Below are positions 11,153 through 25,177 of a DNA stretch of 64,000 bases, in pieces. The DNA is from Octopus sinensis (Eukaryota): positions 18,724,001-18,788,000 of the forward strand of contig NC_043016.1 in NCBI RefSeq assembly GCF_006345805.1, written 5' to 3'. The notes below the pieces were generated by a model, which searched no databases, was not told the DNA's origin, and saw nothing but the letters and a program-made list of their open reading frames with translations. A program made the translations under genes and the position numbers. The first letter of the stretch is position 1. Every line of letters starts with the position of its first letter.

Positions 11153-11569
11153 AGGCGCAGGAGTGGCTGTGTGGTAAGTAGCTTGCTAACCAACCACATG
11201 GTTCCGGGTTCAGTCCCACTGCGTAGCATTTGGGCAAGTGTCTTCTGCTATAGCCTCGGGCCGACCAATGCCTTGTGAGTGGATTTGGTAGACAGAAACT
11301 GAAAGAAGCCCCATCGTATATATGTATATATGTATATGTATTATGTTGTGTGTTTTTGTGTCTGTGTTTGTCTCCCTAGCACTGCTTGACAACCGATGCT
11401 GGTGTGTTTACGTCCCCGTCACTTAGCGGTTCGGCAAAAAGAGACCGATAGAATAAGTACTGGCTTACAAAGAATAAGTACCGGGATCGATTTGCCCGAC
11501 TAAAGGCGGTGCTCCAGCAAGGCCGCAGTCAAATGACTGAAACAAGTAAAAGAGTAAAAGAGTAAAAGA

Positions 11570-11571
<2 letters not shown>
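11153..11571 (+). mobile_element. tRNA-headed SINE-A with CORE-like ..ttgggcaagtg.. and internal (TA)(TG) tract
   Basis: A box tggctgtgtgg, B box gggttcagtccc, tail gactgaaacaagtaaaagagt; several copies in the window. Probably one of the published octopus OK/OR SINE families (unverified). Confidence 0.9.
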
Positions 11572-11600
<29 letters not shown>

Positions 11601-11814
11601 TATATATATATATATATCGGTAAACGTTTTTGATTTTCACTCTCGATAAATCATCCCCTTTTTGTGTTCCCAGCACTCGGCATCTTTATTTAGGAGCCCT
11701 TAATTGTATAACTACATGAATAATATTTTTCTATATGAATAATATTTTTGTCTTATGACTAATTCGTCTTTTGTGCTGGGCACCTGGTAGTAAATAATAT
11801 TACTACCCTTCTTG

Positions 11815-11855
<41 letters not shown>

Positions 11856-11899
11856 ATATATACATGTACATATATATATGTAAGAGCTATATATATATA

Positions 11900-11938
<39 letters not shown>

Positions 11939-11967
11939 CATATATATATATGTATGTATATATATAT

Positions 11968-12010
<43 letters not shown>

Positions 12011-12126
12011 CATATATATATATGTATGTATTATATATATATATATATATATATACATATATATATAGAATATATATATATATATATATTATGATATAAT
12101 ATATATATATATATATATATTAATAT

Positions 12127-12183
<57 letters not shown>

Positions 12184-12329
12184 CACATATATATATACAT
12201 ATAGTTCGCAGATGTGATGCAGATATTGTCCCATAGAAAACTGCTCAAAAGATACAAACCTCCGTATTGCGCGTGTAAAAACTCAAGGAATAAAAGAAAA
12301 GAATAATATCTACATTGCATTGTGATATA

Positions 12330-12535
12330 GTGTTCACTTTTATTATTTTCATTTCTAGTTCTAACCATCACCACCAAAACGACGACGTCACATTTTGTAT
12401 ATGACTGTGTATATTTCTGTGACTTCGATGTCTTTACAGGGAATATTCCACAAGGTAAAGGTAAAGAATGGCTATGAGAGGAATCAGGTTGAGCGGGTAT
12501 TGAAGCAACTGTGGTGATTAGCAAATTAGACACAT
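12330..12535 (-). mobile_element. Penelope-like C-terminal fragment
   Basis: Similar to 13470-13570 (shared gtctttacaggg context). Confidence 0.4.
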
Positions 12536-13082
12536 CAATATATAAAGTGTATTAAATAATTCAAATGCAAAATAACTATATATGTATATATATATAAAAA
12601 GGTCCAACTTACACAAAGTACAAATGGAAGAGAAAATTAAAGGGGTGGAAGAAGGGTATTGCAAGTGTAAAAAGTTCAGCGATGAAATCATCTTTGAACT
12701 TCTCTGCATTAAGATCTGAAATGTAAGATATTCTCTACCCTGAAGATGGAGGCTGGTCTCATCCTATGTTAGACGTATCCGTACGGCCGCATTCTCCGAT
12801 GGACTAAATCTACAAATATTATTATGAATCGCAGAGACCTCAGAAATAACTTTTGAATTCGTAATACCTTTCTCCCACCCCTTTAATTTCTCTTTTATTT
12901 GTATTCTTTTGTAAGTTGGACCTGGTTATATGCATAGATATATATACATATTTTGTATTTGATGTATTTAATATACTTTAGATATTGATGTGTCTAATTT
13001 GCTTATCTCCACAATTGCTTCTGTGTGTGTGTGCGTGTGTGTCTCTGTGTCTGTGTCAGTGTCAGTGTATGTGTGTCTATAC

Positions 13083-13245
13083 AGGTGCAGGCGTGACTGT
13101 GTGGTAAGAAGCTTGCTTCTCAACCACATGGTTTCGGATTCAGTACCACTGTGGGCACCCTGGGCAAGTGTCTTATATTATAGCCTCGGGCCGACCAAAG
13201 CTTTGTGTGTGGATTTGGTAGAAGGAAACTGAAAGAAGTTCGTGG
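13083..13245 (+). mobile_element. SINE-A, 5' half
   Basis: Matches 11153-11315; ends at a (GATA)n array. Confidence 0.85.
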
Positions 13246-13392
<147 letters not shown>

Positions 13393-13394
13393 GG

Positions 13395-14050
13395 CCTAAA
13401 TAAAACTCTTATAGAAATCTTTAAAACCCTCTGAGTGTGTTTCTGCCAATGTTTACATCGGTATGCACGCTCTATAACCGTCTTTACAGGGGAATTAAAG
13501 AATAAAAATAGTTCAGAATTACAGAGAAGACAGATACCTTTGTCATAAGGTATCGAAATTGAGAGAATTGACCAATCTAAATTAAATTGTTTATTGTGGT
13601 ATTTTAGATCCCAAATTAATTTACTAAGCCCTGTACTGTTACGTTTATTCCTATCCCTAATTGTAGAGTAATGATTAGAAATTCTTCTAGATATCTGTGA
13701 AGACGTGCTTCCAACATAAAAATATACTTGATTACGAGTAGTAATTTTACGCTGATATATAGAATTTTTAATTTTAGAGTTACTTGACATAAACTTGATT
13801 CTGTTGTAATTGACTCCAGATACAATAACCTTGTTATTAATATTTCTAGAGGGATGGATGGTATTAGCTAAATTAATGTTAGTATTAGTAAATGTATTAA
13901 TATTCAACAGGTTGATATTATGTGAAGAGATAATTTGTAAAAGATTTTTAGTTTTGGAAAAACCAATCCTCACCGTATGTGAGTTAATAATAGAGTAATA
14001 ACTAGAATTCCTTGGAAAATTCCGAATAATAGCTTCACGAAACTGCAATG
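13395..14050 (-). pseudogene. Penelope-like (Poseidon-type) GIY-YIG endonuclease region
   Basis: NFPRNSSYYSIINSHTVRIGFS; YFYVGSTSSQISRRISNH; TGLSKLIWDLK; CLLC..E. Confidence 0.8.
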
Positions 14051-15359
14051 GAAGATTTGATTTAATTTGCCTCCCGCATAGAATAATTAACTAAATGGTT
14101 TTACTACTAGTTATCTTAGTGTAATTGTTTTTGAAAAACTTAATTTTATATATATATAAATTTGGTAGATATACCAATAAGGAAGTAGTCTTTTAGAAAT
14201 GTCCAAAATACCTGTCATATAATGTAGAGGCTTTATATACCTTAATATTAATGATTATGAAATTCTCAGGAATGATGAACGTACCGATCATGGTTGCATG
14301 TCACATTTACCTCTCTATTAAAATACAAACAGTTACCGGAAAAATAGTATTACTGTATGTAAGTGATAGATATAATGTGAACAATACGTAAATATAGCAG
14401 CTAACGAATCAAACTTAATTTTTACTTTTTATCTGTCAATGGTGCAGTATTTAAGAGGTCACAGTATTTAAAAATAAAGATTTTTAATCTTCTATTGTTT
14501 ATTAATTATTACGAAATTTTATATTTCATATTTATAAAAATTGCAATTATAAAATATGCAGTTTACCGTAACTTTATGCGAAGTTAAACATAAATTCGAG
14601 TTATTGGAAATGGAATCAAAGATGCATATGTTGTTAATAATTCTACGATTTTTATTTAACTAAATAATATAATTTTCGGAATCCGAGACTATGACTGAAA
14701 ATTGGTAAAATAGTGAGATGTAACAGAGAGCGAGAACAGGAGGAGCGCTGTTAAATTGATGTTGTGGACATTAGAGGACATTCACAAGTAACGATGCCCT
14801 CTTGCAGTGCCCAAATCCTCTTTGATTATGTAATCCAGTATTTGATTATGACGCAAAACACGATACTAGACGTGTAACATAAAATATTACCACAAAATTG
14901 GAAGGATAAAAGAATTAATATAAAAAATATATTTGTTGAGCAATTTTGTTAAAATGATGTATAAAACGGTCTAAAGCTAAAATCCTAATAACTCCATATA
15001 TATTTTAAAACTAAACACTATAATTGCATATTAAGTTTATGATTATACTATTTCTTATTGTATATTGCATTTGTATAGACGGAATCGGGGAAAATTAAAC
15101 TTCCCTTTTTCTTATTTTCTAAATAAATAACAAAAAATCAAATCTGAAGGGAAATTATTTCAAAATACTCAATCCTACTAGAAAAATTTCAATCCATCAT
15201 ATTCACTGTGACCGTGTTGCAAATATTAGTATAATTTCTGCAGTGTAAATAACATTGCAACGAAAATAGTTGTGGTGTATAATTCAAAATTTTAGCATTG
15301 TAAAATATTTGCTATTAAATTGTTGGTAGCGTTTTATCTAGTCTTTTCTTGTTGGTTTC

Positions 15360-15374
15360 TCTTATTATTATCAC

Positions 15375-15408
<34 letters not shown>

Positions 15409-15505
15409 GCTGCTGCTGCTGCTGCTGCTGTTGTTGTTGTTGCTGTTGCTGCTGCTGTTCTTGTTGTTGTCGTTGTCGTTGTTGTTGTTGTTGTTGTTGT
15501 TGTTG
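15360..15505 (+). repeat. (GTT)n/(GCT)n trinucleotide array
   Basis: Read directly from the sequence; source of the poly-Leu/poly-Asn ORFs. Confidence 0.97.
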
Positions 15506-16381
15506 ATTACTGTGAATTTTTGTAAAGCATTTCCGTGTTGTAATTGCTGTTCATCGCGGTCAACACAACAATCAAAATAATTAACAATGACAGTTTTAAA
15601 CACGTATTTCCAGTTTTAATAATAATAGTCGCAGGCTTTTTTCATTTATTCTCTTTCTTAATAAAGAGAATGCACCAGTCAACGTCTGCACTTAGAAGAT
15701 CGGTGGGTTTAGCAGATAACTTCAATCCATAGATTCATAGATAAGCTAATAATTAAACTGAAAACTGTATACATCCAGCTGTACCATAACGTAATTATAT
15801 TCCGTTTAAATCACAAAACTATAAAGTATCATTAACGATTCTTTTACAATAACTAGAATTAAATAGGCCTAATATAAAGATGATACACTAAGACTTAAAT
15901 AGTTTTAAAAATTCTAAAATTATAACATGTGTATACTTATATATGATACACGCAAATCTAAGCAGACACATATATACTTGCTCTGTAAACCTCTTAATAC
16001 ACGAGTGTATGCATGCACACACACACACACACGAACGAATGCACGCACACGCCCAAACACACACACACACACACACACAAACAAACACGCACACACGCAA
16101 ACTCCAAAGCATTCCTCTCAACACATGGCTATTATGCTCTCCTACTGCTGCTTTTGATGAGAGTTGCATATATCATCAGCCAGTAAAGGACAGGCTGAAC
16201 AGGTTACAGTAAAGCAACTGACAAGCAAATTTACTTTTATTAATCAGAATACTTGCTGTAGCTCATATTTTATACCAAGACAAAACAATGTACATGATAG
16301 CACTTCCAGTCAGTTAAGATCAGAAGCCATGAGAGATACTACCTGGTACTGCATCAGGGCAATTATTATTATCATTATTCT

Positions 16382-18455
16382 ATTGTCTTTGCACAGCTTT
16401 TAACGCTGGAGATGTACAACAGTGTCTGCTGTTCACTACCAGTTAACTGAGGTAATACCCCTTATTTTTCGAGCACCATCTGGAGTATTTGAGCGGTTCC
16501 AATCAGTGCTGTTTTCTGAAAGTTCTCCACACTTGTTGCAGTCCCTATTTGTTCCATGTACTTTTCGAATATTTCTACTCACGGTTCCCAGGGCTCCGAC
16601 AATTATTGGTACTACTACCATCTTTTTCAGCGACCACAACTACTTTACCTCCCAAGCTAACCTGTCATATCTATCGACTATTCTTTCCTCCTTATCGCAT
16701 ACCCTGTTGTCAGCTGGGCATGCTATATCTATGATCCATCATCGTTTGCTTTCTTTCTCAATTAGCACTATGTGTGGTTTCCTATTCTATATCTCATGGA
16801 CGCGCTGAATCATAAAATCCCATAGGACCTTTGCATTATCATTTTCGATGATGCCTTCGGGTTTATATTAGTACCAGGTTTTCGCTCTGTCATGTCCATA
16901 CTTCTTGCAAAGTTTCCAACGCACAATACTTACTATATTGTCATGACGTCTCTTATATTCTTTCTGGGCTAGTAGCGTCCATGACTGGTAATATGCCATA
17001 CGATTTCACCATTTTGTCCACAAATTCTACACTTATCACTTTCTGATGTGTTGTCTATTCTGTATTTGATCTTATTGGTTCTTAATGCTTGCTCTTGTAC
17101 TGCACAGATTAGAGCATCCGTTTCCGGTTTTAAATCACTTTTAGTCATCCATAGCCATCTTTTTAATCTGTCCGTCTTATCTTCAACATGCCTATGAAAT
17201 TGTCTATACATTCTTTTCTTTATCCACCTATTTTCAGTTTCATTCCTTCTCAAGTGCTTGTACAGTGCATTATCTTTGCAATCGTCCATCCTACACAAGC
17301 TTGATCTTATTTCCATTTTTTACATACCATGCTATGTTGCTTTCTTCTGCTCTAATACTGGGTTCGCATCCAATCAGTCCTCTTCCCTCTCTTTTTCTTT
17401 GTATATACAGTCTGTCTGTGTCACATTTTGGATGGAGTATCCCGTATCTAGTCAGCAACTTCCTTATCTTTCTGCCTAAGTTGTTTAGTTCGTCTACTGT
17501 CCATGCGATTACCCCTGCTCCATATCTAAGGAGTGAAACGGCCCAGGTATTGATAGCTTCAATCTTATTCCGTCCGTTTAATTTCAACTTAAGGATCAGT
17601 ATCAGTTTGCGCATGTATTCCACCTTAAATGTTTCTGTCTTTTCTTTCTCCATGAATTTATCCAACTACTTATAGCCAGTCTCTTCTATCTACTTCATAA
17701 CCTACCCCGACGGTATCGTTAGCCCGTCCATACATTTGATTTTGCCTCTCTTCAAGACTAACATACCACACTTTCTCAGTCCGAACTCCATTCTGATATC
17801 AGCACTGAAGGTATACACCGTATCAACGAGGGAACTGACTCGGGTTTCATCTTTACCATAAATCTTGATGCTTATCCATCAATAACAAGTGGGTGACATT
17901 TCATTGGCGGCTTTTGAATACATACCCAGCCTTTGTTTTCCTCATAATCAGTGTTATTGGTATCATGCACAGTACAAAGATCAGTGGGGACAGGTAGTCC
18001 CCTTGGAAGATGCCTCTCTTGATTACTATTGTCCCTAAACTTTTTCCATATGCTGTCAGTTTCGCCTTCCACTTCGCCATACTTTTTCCAAGCAATCGCT
18101 CCACATTGGATGCAATACCAAATAGGCTCATACATTCCATATTCCAAGAATGTGGGATCATATCCTACGCCTTATGATAGTCGATCCATAACATGGCTAA
18201 GTTAGTTTTCTTCCTCTTGCAGTCTCTAAGTACAGTTTTGTCTACCAGAATTTGATCCTTGGTACCTCTGCACTTACGCTTGCAACCCTCCTGCTCATGT
18301 GTTAGGGCTTCCTTTTTTTTTCAGATGTCCGTACATTGACTCTGCGACTATTCCAGTCAATAATTTCCACATAAGTTGCAAGCAGGATATCGGTCTGTTA
18401 TTGTCTACCATATTGCCTTTTTCGATGTTTTTCAAGCACAGCACTATCCTGTCCA
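16382..18455 (-). mobile_element. R4/Dong-clade non-LTR retrotransposon (RT plus restriction-like endonuclease), 5'-truncated, decayed
   Basis: RGIFQGDYLSPLIFVLC; KLNGRNKIEAINTWAVSLLRYGAG; CRICG..GE..WHI; VVVPIIVGALGT; 3' end runs into TAA repeats. Confidence 0.88.
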
Positions 18456-18469
18456 AGAGTAAAGAGTAA

Positions 18470-18519
18470 AGAGTATATATACATACATGTATATATATAT
18501 ATATATATTATATATATAT

Positions 18520-18606
<87 letters not shown>

Positions 18607-18609
18607 TAT

Positions 18610-18665
<56 letters not shown>

Positions 18666-18699
18666 CATATATATATAATATATATATATATATAATATA

Positions 18700-18780
<81 letters not shown>
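18470..18780 (+). repeat. (TA)n/(GATA)n array
   Basis: Read directly from the sequence. Confidence 0.97.
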
Positions 18781-18781
<1 letters not shown>

Positions 18782-19698
18782 TTAATCCAAATATGAAAAC
18801 ACAGAGAAAACTCAACAACGCGATGACGTGGAACAAGCATAGTGTTATTGGACGCTCAGGAATATATATTCATATATATCTCCGTTTCAAGGATATTTTT
18901 TCTTGTTTCCTAAATGTTCAAATAGGTTTATCTCTTAATATTTTCCCATGGTGTTTATTTTTTTTAATCTAGTATATACTGTCCTGAGCGTTTTCGGGCC
19001 CCTTACAACATACACCATTTTTCCATTCATTTATTTATCTTACTTCGTATAACAGTCTCAGTAGCAGATATTTTGTTCTTAAATTTCAACTGATCAATTA
19101 TATCGAACGTTGGACCTTGGTCTATCTTACTTCGGACAACAAGTGGAAGAGCTTAACCACCTACTAGTAAATAAAATTTTACTTTTAATCGATTAGCTCT
19201 TTATTATGATAAATACTATTAATTAGTACTATAAACATAATTATTTAAAATTATTATGATTAATTTAAAACCTTATTGTATTTTCACCTCTTCTCCGACT
19301 AAAACCTGTTATTTTTTTATTTTTTATTATTTGTCCATCTTATACCCCACGTACAAATGATTAATCCACCAAATACTATTTTAAGTTTAGTCATTTACCT
19401 TACGTCCCAAAGAGATACACCACCAAAATGGTATGATTCTAACCATATTCAACTTTTCTTTTTCCTTCTCTAGGCTCTTCTTTTTTATTTATTCATCACT
19501 CTGATAAAACTCCATGTTTCAGATCGGTTTTATTGCCAAATATAATAGATACTTTTAGCATATCAATGGCAATACATTACAACATTGGAATCAGGAACAG
19601 CTGTTAGATGGAGTGCAGTCTATTTGTATTGAATTAATAATTAATAATAGATGTAAATCAATTGTTGATCATCAATATTTCTCCACGTTCTGCTTTAT

Positions 19699-19756
<58 letters not shown>

Positions 19757-19986
19757 ATGATGTATGTATATATGTAAATCCTGTTCATCTATTCTCGTTC
19801 ACCTAACTTGGGCTGTGGAGACTATGCCTAACTGGCAGATGCCTCATTTTAAGTACCTAATTCAATTGAATCAAAAAGTAGTAGTAACATCGTTCCGTGT
19901 AGGACTGCCACATCGTGTTGGCAAATAGAGTTAAATCTTCGGTACTGTTACTACTCTTCTCGCTCAGAGATTTAAAACTATATATA

Positions 19987-20036
<50 letters not shown>

Positions 20037-20289
20037 TATTATATACAGTGTACATTTTGCTACCCTAAGATTTATATATATATATATATATTGGGAGAGT
20101 TTACGCAAAAAACAAAAGACGATGACAGGTGGTGTACAAAACAAACAGGTGTATTAGTATAACGCTCAGGAATAGAAAAAGTCTTTTACGTTTCGAGCCT
20201 ACGCTCTTTTACATGTATGTATATATATATATATATATATAATTCATATTGGATATAGTTACCATATCATATTATATTATATATAGACA

Positions 20290-20650
20290 TAACATAACCA
20301 ATTCCGATTGTGCATACACTTCATCCTAATCACATCTTTAATAAATCCTGTTTTTTAATGTACAAGTAGAATAATTAGTATTTAAAATACCATCTACATA
20401 TTATTCAATAACATTTTTTCTTATTATAACCCCCATTTTTTATCCCCATAATCGTTAATTAACCCGTTAATATTAATTTTTTTTATTATGATCTTTAAAC
20501 TTTAATCTCAAACTTATAATACAATAATATATAATATCCCCTTCATTGCTAATACCACTATACTGATACTCCATATATAATACCATAGCCCCTATTTTTG
20601 TTCCCATTGTTTTAATTAACTCACCAATTTTCAATTTTTATTTGAACTCT
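20290..20650 (-). mobile_element. Possible Penelope-like GIY-YIG relic
   Basis: Weak motifs YSGISNEG..LRLKFKDH and IRMKCMHNRNW. Confidence 0.3.
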
Positions 20651-20684
20651 AAAACTTATGTATGTATGTATGTATGTATGTATG

Positions 20685-20870
20685 TCTTTGTGTCTGTGTT
20701 TGTCCCCTCACTACCGCTTAGCGTTTCGGAAAAAGAAACCGGTAGAATAAGTTCAAGCTCTAGGCTTAAAAAGTAAGTCCTGGGGCCTATTCATTCGACT
20801 AAAATTACTTCAAGGCGGTGCCCCAGCATAGCACAGTCCAATGACTCAACAAGGAAAATATAAAAGATAA
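20685..20870 (+). mobile_element. SINE-A, degenerate 3' half
   Basis: Similar to 11360-11550. Confidence 0.7.
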
Positions 20871-22946
20871 ACTTCATCATCTAAGTACTATACTTACTCA
20901 TTTATGTAAAAGTTTTTGCAGTAAAAGCACTCAATAGTGAAGGAAATATATCCACAATTACGAGATCGCTATGTTTCGCTCAAATTAATTTCATTGGATA
21001 ACTTTTACTGGAATATATCGTGTCTTGCAGACTGATAGGTTACCCGTTGCACAAGAATGAAGCAAACGTATTCGTGAAATAATTTTGTGAGGTATTTAAA
21101 AGTAAATATATAGCAGATTATGTGAAATGCCTCATAACCTGTCCAAAATATATCTAATTATATAGTCCAACATAACAGTTGGAATTCTTTTTGGGGAAAT
21201 AACACTTCTAGTGTTCTTTGACATAAATATATGCATATAAACAAGATGCCGTTATGTTTCTAATGATAGAAACAGCAGGTTATGGGTGCGATGTTAGCGG
21301 ACTGTAAATTCGCAAATCTATACCTGGATGATGTATTAATTAAAAAGGAATCACGTGAGCAGGATGACGAGCATGTGAAGTATGTTTCTGAAAAAATAAG
21401 AGATTACGGTTATACACTGAGTAAGTAGAAATGTGATTTTCCCCCCTAAAATTAAGCATTTAGGACAAATTATTGATAGAAATGGAAAACGACCTGGCCC
21501 GTTGAGGGTAGACGCAATTAAAAATATGCCTCCTCCGACTGACATAATGACCTTACAAGCTTTTCTAGGTCCAGTGAATTATCAAAATTACATACCAAAC
21601 ATGTATAATTTGAGAGCTCCACTAAATAATTTGCTGGAAAATTGTCAAAACTCTTTTGACGATATTAAAAAATATTAACATCAGATTTGTCGCTGGCTCA
21701 TTTCGATCCTGCAGCGGAGATTGATGTAGCTTCTGACGCTACTAAATACGGCATATGAGCAGTAATGCTACACAAATATAAAGACGGTAATAAGAAGGTG
21801 GTGGTTCATGCCTCACATTCTCTGATAGCCGCAGAGTAAAACTATAGCCAAGTAGAAAATGAAGCAAGATCATTTTTGCCGTGAAGAGATTTCACAGATT
21901 TTAACACGGTAGGAGTTTTGGGCTACAAACTGATCACCGACCATTATTATCAATTTTGGGGTTGAAGAAAGGAATTCCTACCCATGCTGCAAATAGATTG
22001 CAGTGTTGAGTTACAATATTGTTGAATAACGAGTTTAAGATGGAGTACATTTCTTCTAATAAAATTGGTCATGCAGATTGTTTATTTAGGCTAATTCCGA
22101 TGAATGTAGAATCGCTGGAAGATACGGTGATAACCGCATTACAATCAGAAAAAGAAATAAAAAACAGTATGTGTAATGTCATTCAGGAGTTGCCAGTGAC
22201 TGTGTATGATATAAAAAGTAAATCAGCGGAGGGCAAATGCATCATAAAATTGAAGGAAACCTTGAAAAATAAACAAAAGAGAAATACGGATGAGAGCCAT
22301 TTTTCATTCTGCGACGATGTATTAATGTACGTACAAAGAGTGGTAGTACCAACTGCACTGCCGAAACAAGTATTACATGAATTTCATAATGGACACCCGG
22401 GGAAATCAAGAATAAAAGCTTTGATGAGAAGTTACGTGTTTTGGCCGACAATGGACTGGGACATTTAAAATTTGTCGAATTCATGTTGAGGTTGTGCGCT
22501 AGCAGCCAAGACACCACCGGTGTCATACCAATCGCGGCATGAGACTGATGTTCCGTGATCTAGGGTACATATAGATTATGCAGGACCGGTGAATAGCGCA
22601 TACCACTTCATCGTTGTTGATAGCATTACCAAGTGTCCGGAAATATGTGCAGTCAACCAACCTTGAAGGCAACAATTAAGTTCCTGCACGAACTTTTGGC
22701 TCGATACGGTGTTCCAAACACCATAGTATCGGACAATGGAACAGGATATGAGATCAAAAATTTCTGCAAAATGCATGCAATCAAACACAGTTTTACCCCG
22801 CCCTACCACCTGTGATCAAATAGGCAAGCAGAACGATTCGTAAACACTTTTAAGCGAGCGCTAAAACAAATACAAAGGAACGAGTTAGGAAATGACGAAG
22901 TGCTAACTCAGTTCTTAAGAGTGTACAGAATAACACCTGATCGAAT

Positions 22947-23375
22947 CATCATCATCATTGTCCGACCGTGGTCGAGACAATGGAATTTACCATGCTACGC
23001 CAGACTTCACGGTCCATCATGGCATTACGGAGGTCCTGTTGCTGGATGCCTGTATCCCTGGAGATTACATCAGGGTAGGAGAGCGTGCGCCCTCTGGTAT
23101 CGCGAGTAGATGGCTTTCAGAGGAGAAGAGTAGAAATTGCCTCGTTTTCAGCTCTACAACAATGTCCAGCAAACTGGACTCTCCAACCTTTCACAAGAGA
23201 TGACACAGGTGGTAGTTTCCCACCTGTTTTGAGCTCTCATAAGGAGGCGAGTGTAGGTTCCATCCAACCGCCTCTCAAGCTTCTTTGATAATGTCCAGGT
23301 TTTTGAGCCATATAGTAGAATTGGTTCGACTGTGGCTCTGAAGATTTCAAGTTTGAAGTCTCTACTTAGATTTGA
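22947..23375 (-). mobile_element. 5'-truncated RTE-like LINE inserted in the Gypsy integrase
   Basis: IFRATVEPILLYGSKTWTLSKKLERRLDGTYTRLLMRAQN; (GAT)n tail; 9-bp TSD tgat/ccgaat at 22938-22946 and 23376-23384. Confidence 0.85.
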
Positions 23376-23913
23376 TGACCGAATACCAGCTCGGTTAAGT
23401 CACCTAAAGAGCTAATGTCCGCTCGGAAGATAAAATCTATCTTCGAAAAATTGTTGCTAAAGAAAAAAACGTATAGAGAAAACACAAAATATTCAACTTA
23501 CATCTCAATGTCGGAGACAAAGTCCATTTCGAAATATGCAAAAATGGTAAAGAAGGTTGGGAGGACGGTATAGGGATTAAAAGAATTGGGAACACGATGT
23601 ATTTTATAAATAGTCAACGATGGGAGCCTAAACGACACCTAAATCAATTAAAAACTAGACATACTGAAAAAAGGAAGGAAATTCCAATGGAAAATTTTTA
23701 CATGTTCGGTGTTCCGGCGCCAAAAGAGATTGAGCCTAGAAGGAGCAGTAATAGAAAACGTAAACAGACAGAAATATTCCTAAGCAGAAAAACGTACTGA
23801 ACTCCTTAGAGAATCGAAATCTCAAAAGGGAACGGTGTTGGAAAGAAAAAGAGTAATAAAAATAAAATAAATTTCGTTTCCTACGGAAGTCGAAATCTAA
23901 AAGGGGGAGAATG

Positions 23914-24480
23914 TGTAGCGAGGGTCACGACACCCTCTGCGAGAATAGACTGGGAGTGGAAGCACTCCGTCGGTTACGACGACGAGGGTTCCGGTTGATC
24001 CGAATCAACGGAACAGCCTGCTCGTGAAATTAACATGTAAGTGGCTGAGCACTCCACAGACACGTGTACCCTTAACGTAGTTCTCGGGGATATTCAGCGT
24101 GACACAGAGAGTGACAAGGCCGGCCCTTTGAAATACAGGTACAACAGAAACAGGAAGTAAGAGTGAGAGAAAGTTGTGGTGAAAGAGTACAGCAGGGATC
24201 ACCACCATCTCTGCCGGAGCCTCGTGGAGCTTTTTAGGTGTTTTCGCTCAATAAACACTCACAACGCCCGGTCTGGGAATCGAAACCGCGATCCTATGAC
24301 CGCGAGTCCACTGCCCTAACCACTGGGCCATTGCGCCTCCACGCGAGAATAGACTAACCGAACGTCTGAATGAGACGAGAAAGAGTAGGCGTTAATCGCA
24401 GGAAGTCGTAAGGTGTCGTTTTGGTGTGGATTGTCACGTTATTGTGACCCTGTTTCGTTATATATTTTATTGTTACTACA
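23914..24480 (+). mobile_element. Gypsy 3' LTR (TGTAG...CTACA), interrupted by SINE-C
   Basis: Follows the polypurine tract aaaagggggagaa; inverted termini tgtag/ctaca; right boundary inferred. Confidence 0.55.
23952..24342 (-). mobile_element. tRNA-headed SINE-C, full length 391 bp
   Basis: A box tggcccagtgg, B box ggtttcgattccc; perfect 13-bp TSD gcgagaatagact at 23939-23951 and 24343-24355. Confidence 0.9.
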
Positions 24481-24748
24481 CGGTTATAGTGCAAAAAAGT
24501 ATTAGCGATACAACACACACACACATATACAAACATATGGGAAAACAGAGAATGCACATGGATATCCACTTTTTAGTTATTGTGCAGTCGTATTGTGTTC
24601 TGTTTTGCAAGACATGTTGCTGTCCTATTTTCGGGGTAACGAAAAGAATTTCGGTGGGAATTTGTACTTAAGTGTATAAACTATTCTTTTTTCAAGACAT
24701 TTTCCTTCTAACCGACAGCAACTTTTATCTTCGCGATTGCAATTCTTC

Positions 24749-24837
24749 TGGTAGGTAGGTAGGTAGGTAGGTAGGTAGGTAGGTAGGTAGGTAGGTAGGC
24801 AGGCAGGCAGGCAGGCAAGCAGATAGATAGATAGATT

Positions 24838-24899
<62 letters not shown>

Positions 24900-24916
24900 G
24901 AGAGAGACAGAGAGAC

Positions 24917-24951
<35 letters not shown>

Positions 24952-25014
24952 CAGAGACAGATAGACAGATAGACAGATAGATAGACAGACAGTCAGACAG
25001 ACAGGCAGGCAGGC

Positions 25015-25053
<39 letters not shown>

Positions 25054-25068
25054 TAGATAGATAGATAT

Positions 25069-25152
<84 letters not shown>

Positions 25153-25176
25153 GTAGATAGATAGATAGATAGATAA
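24749..25176 (+). repeat. Compound (GGTA)/(GGCA)/(GATA)/(GA)/(GACA) array
   Basis: Read directly from the sequence. Confidence 0.98.
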
Positions 25177-25177
25177 G

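Larger units (their letters stand above)
21240..24480 (+). mobile_element. Ty3/Gypsy LTR retrotransposon relic (RT-RNaseH-integrase plus 3' LTR)
   Basis: YLDDVLIK; AHFDPAAEIDVASDA; QTDHRPLLSIFG; EFHNGHPGKSRIKALMRSYVFWP; RVHIDYAGP; many stop codons; polypurine tract 23899-23911. Confidence 0.9.

Noticed and set aside
11153-11230. tRNA genes
   Set aside because: A and B boxes belong to SINE heads; I could not fold a complete cloverleaf.
11500-11571. SINE-A tail matching the R4/Dong 3' end
   Set aside because: Only a 7-nt match (ctccagc); chance level.
20290-20650. Mitochondrial insertion (NUMT)
   Set aside because: AT-rich, but I could not recognise a mitochondrial protein; weak GIY-YIG-like motifs fit better.
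23810-23912. Duplicated polypurine-tract-like motif in the Gypsy relic
   Set aside because: Short imperfect local duplication with no evidence of function.
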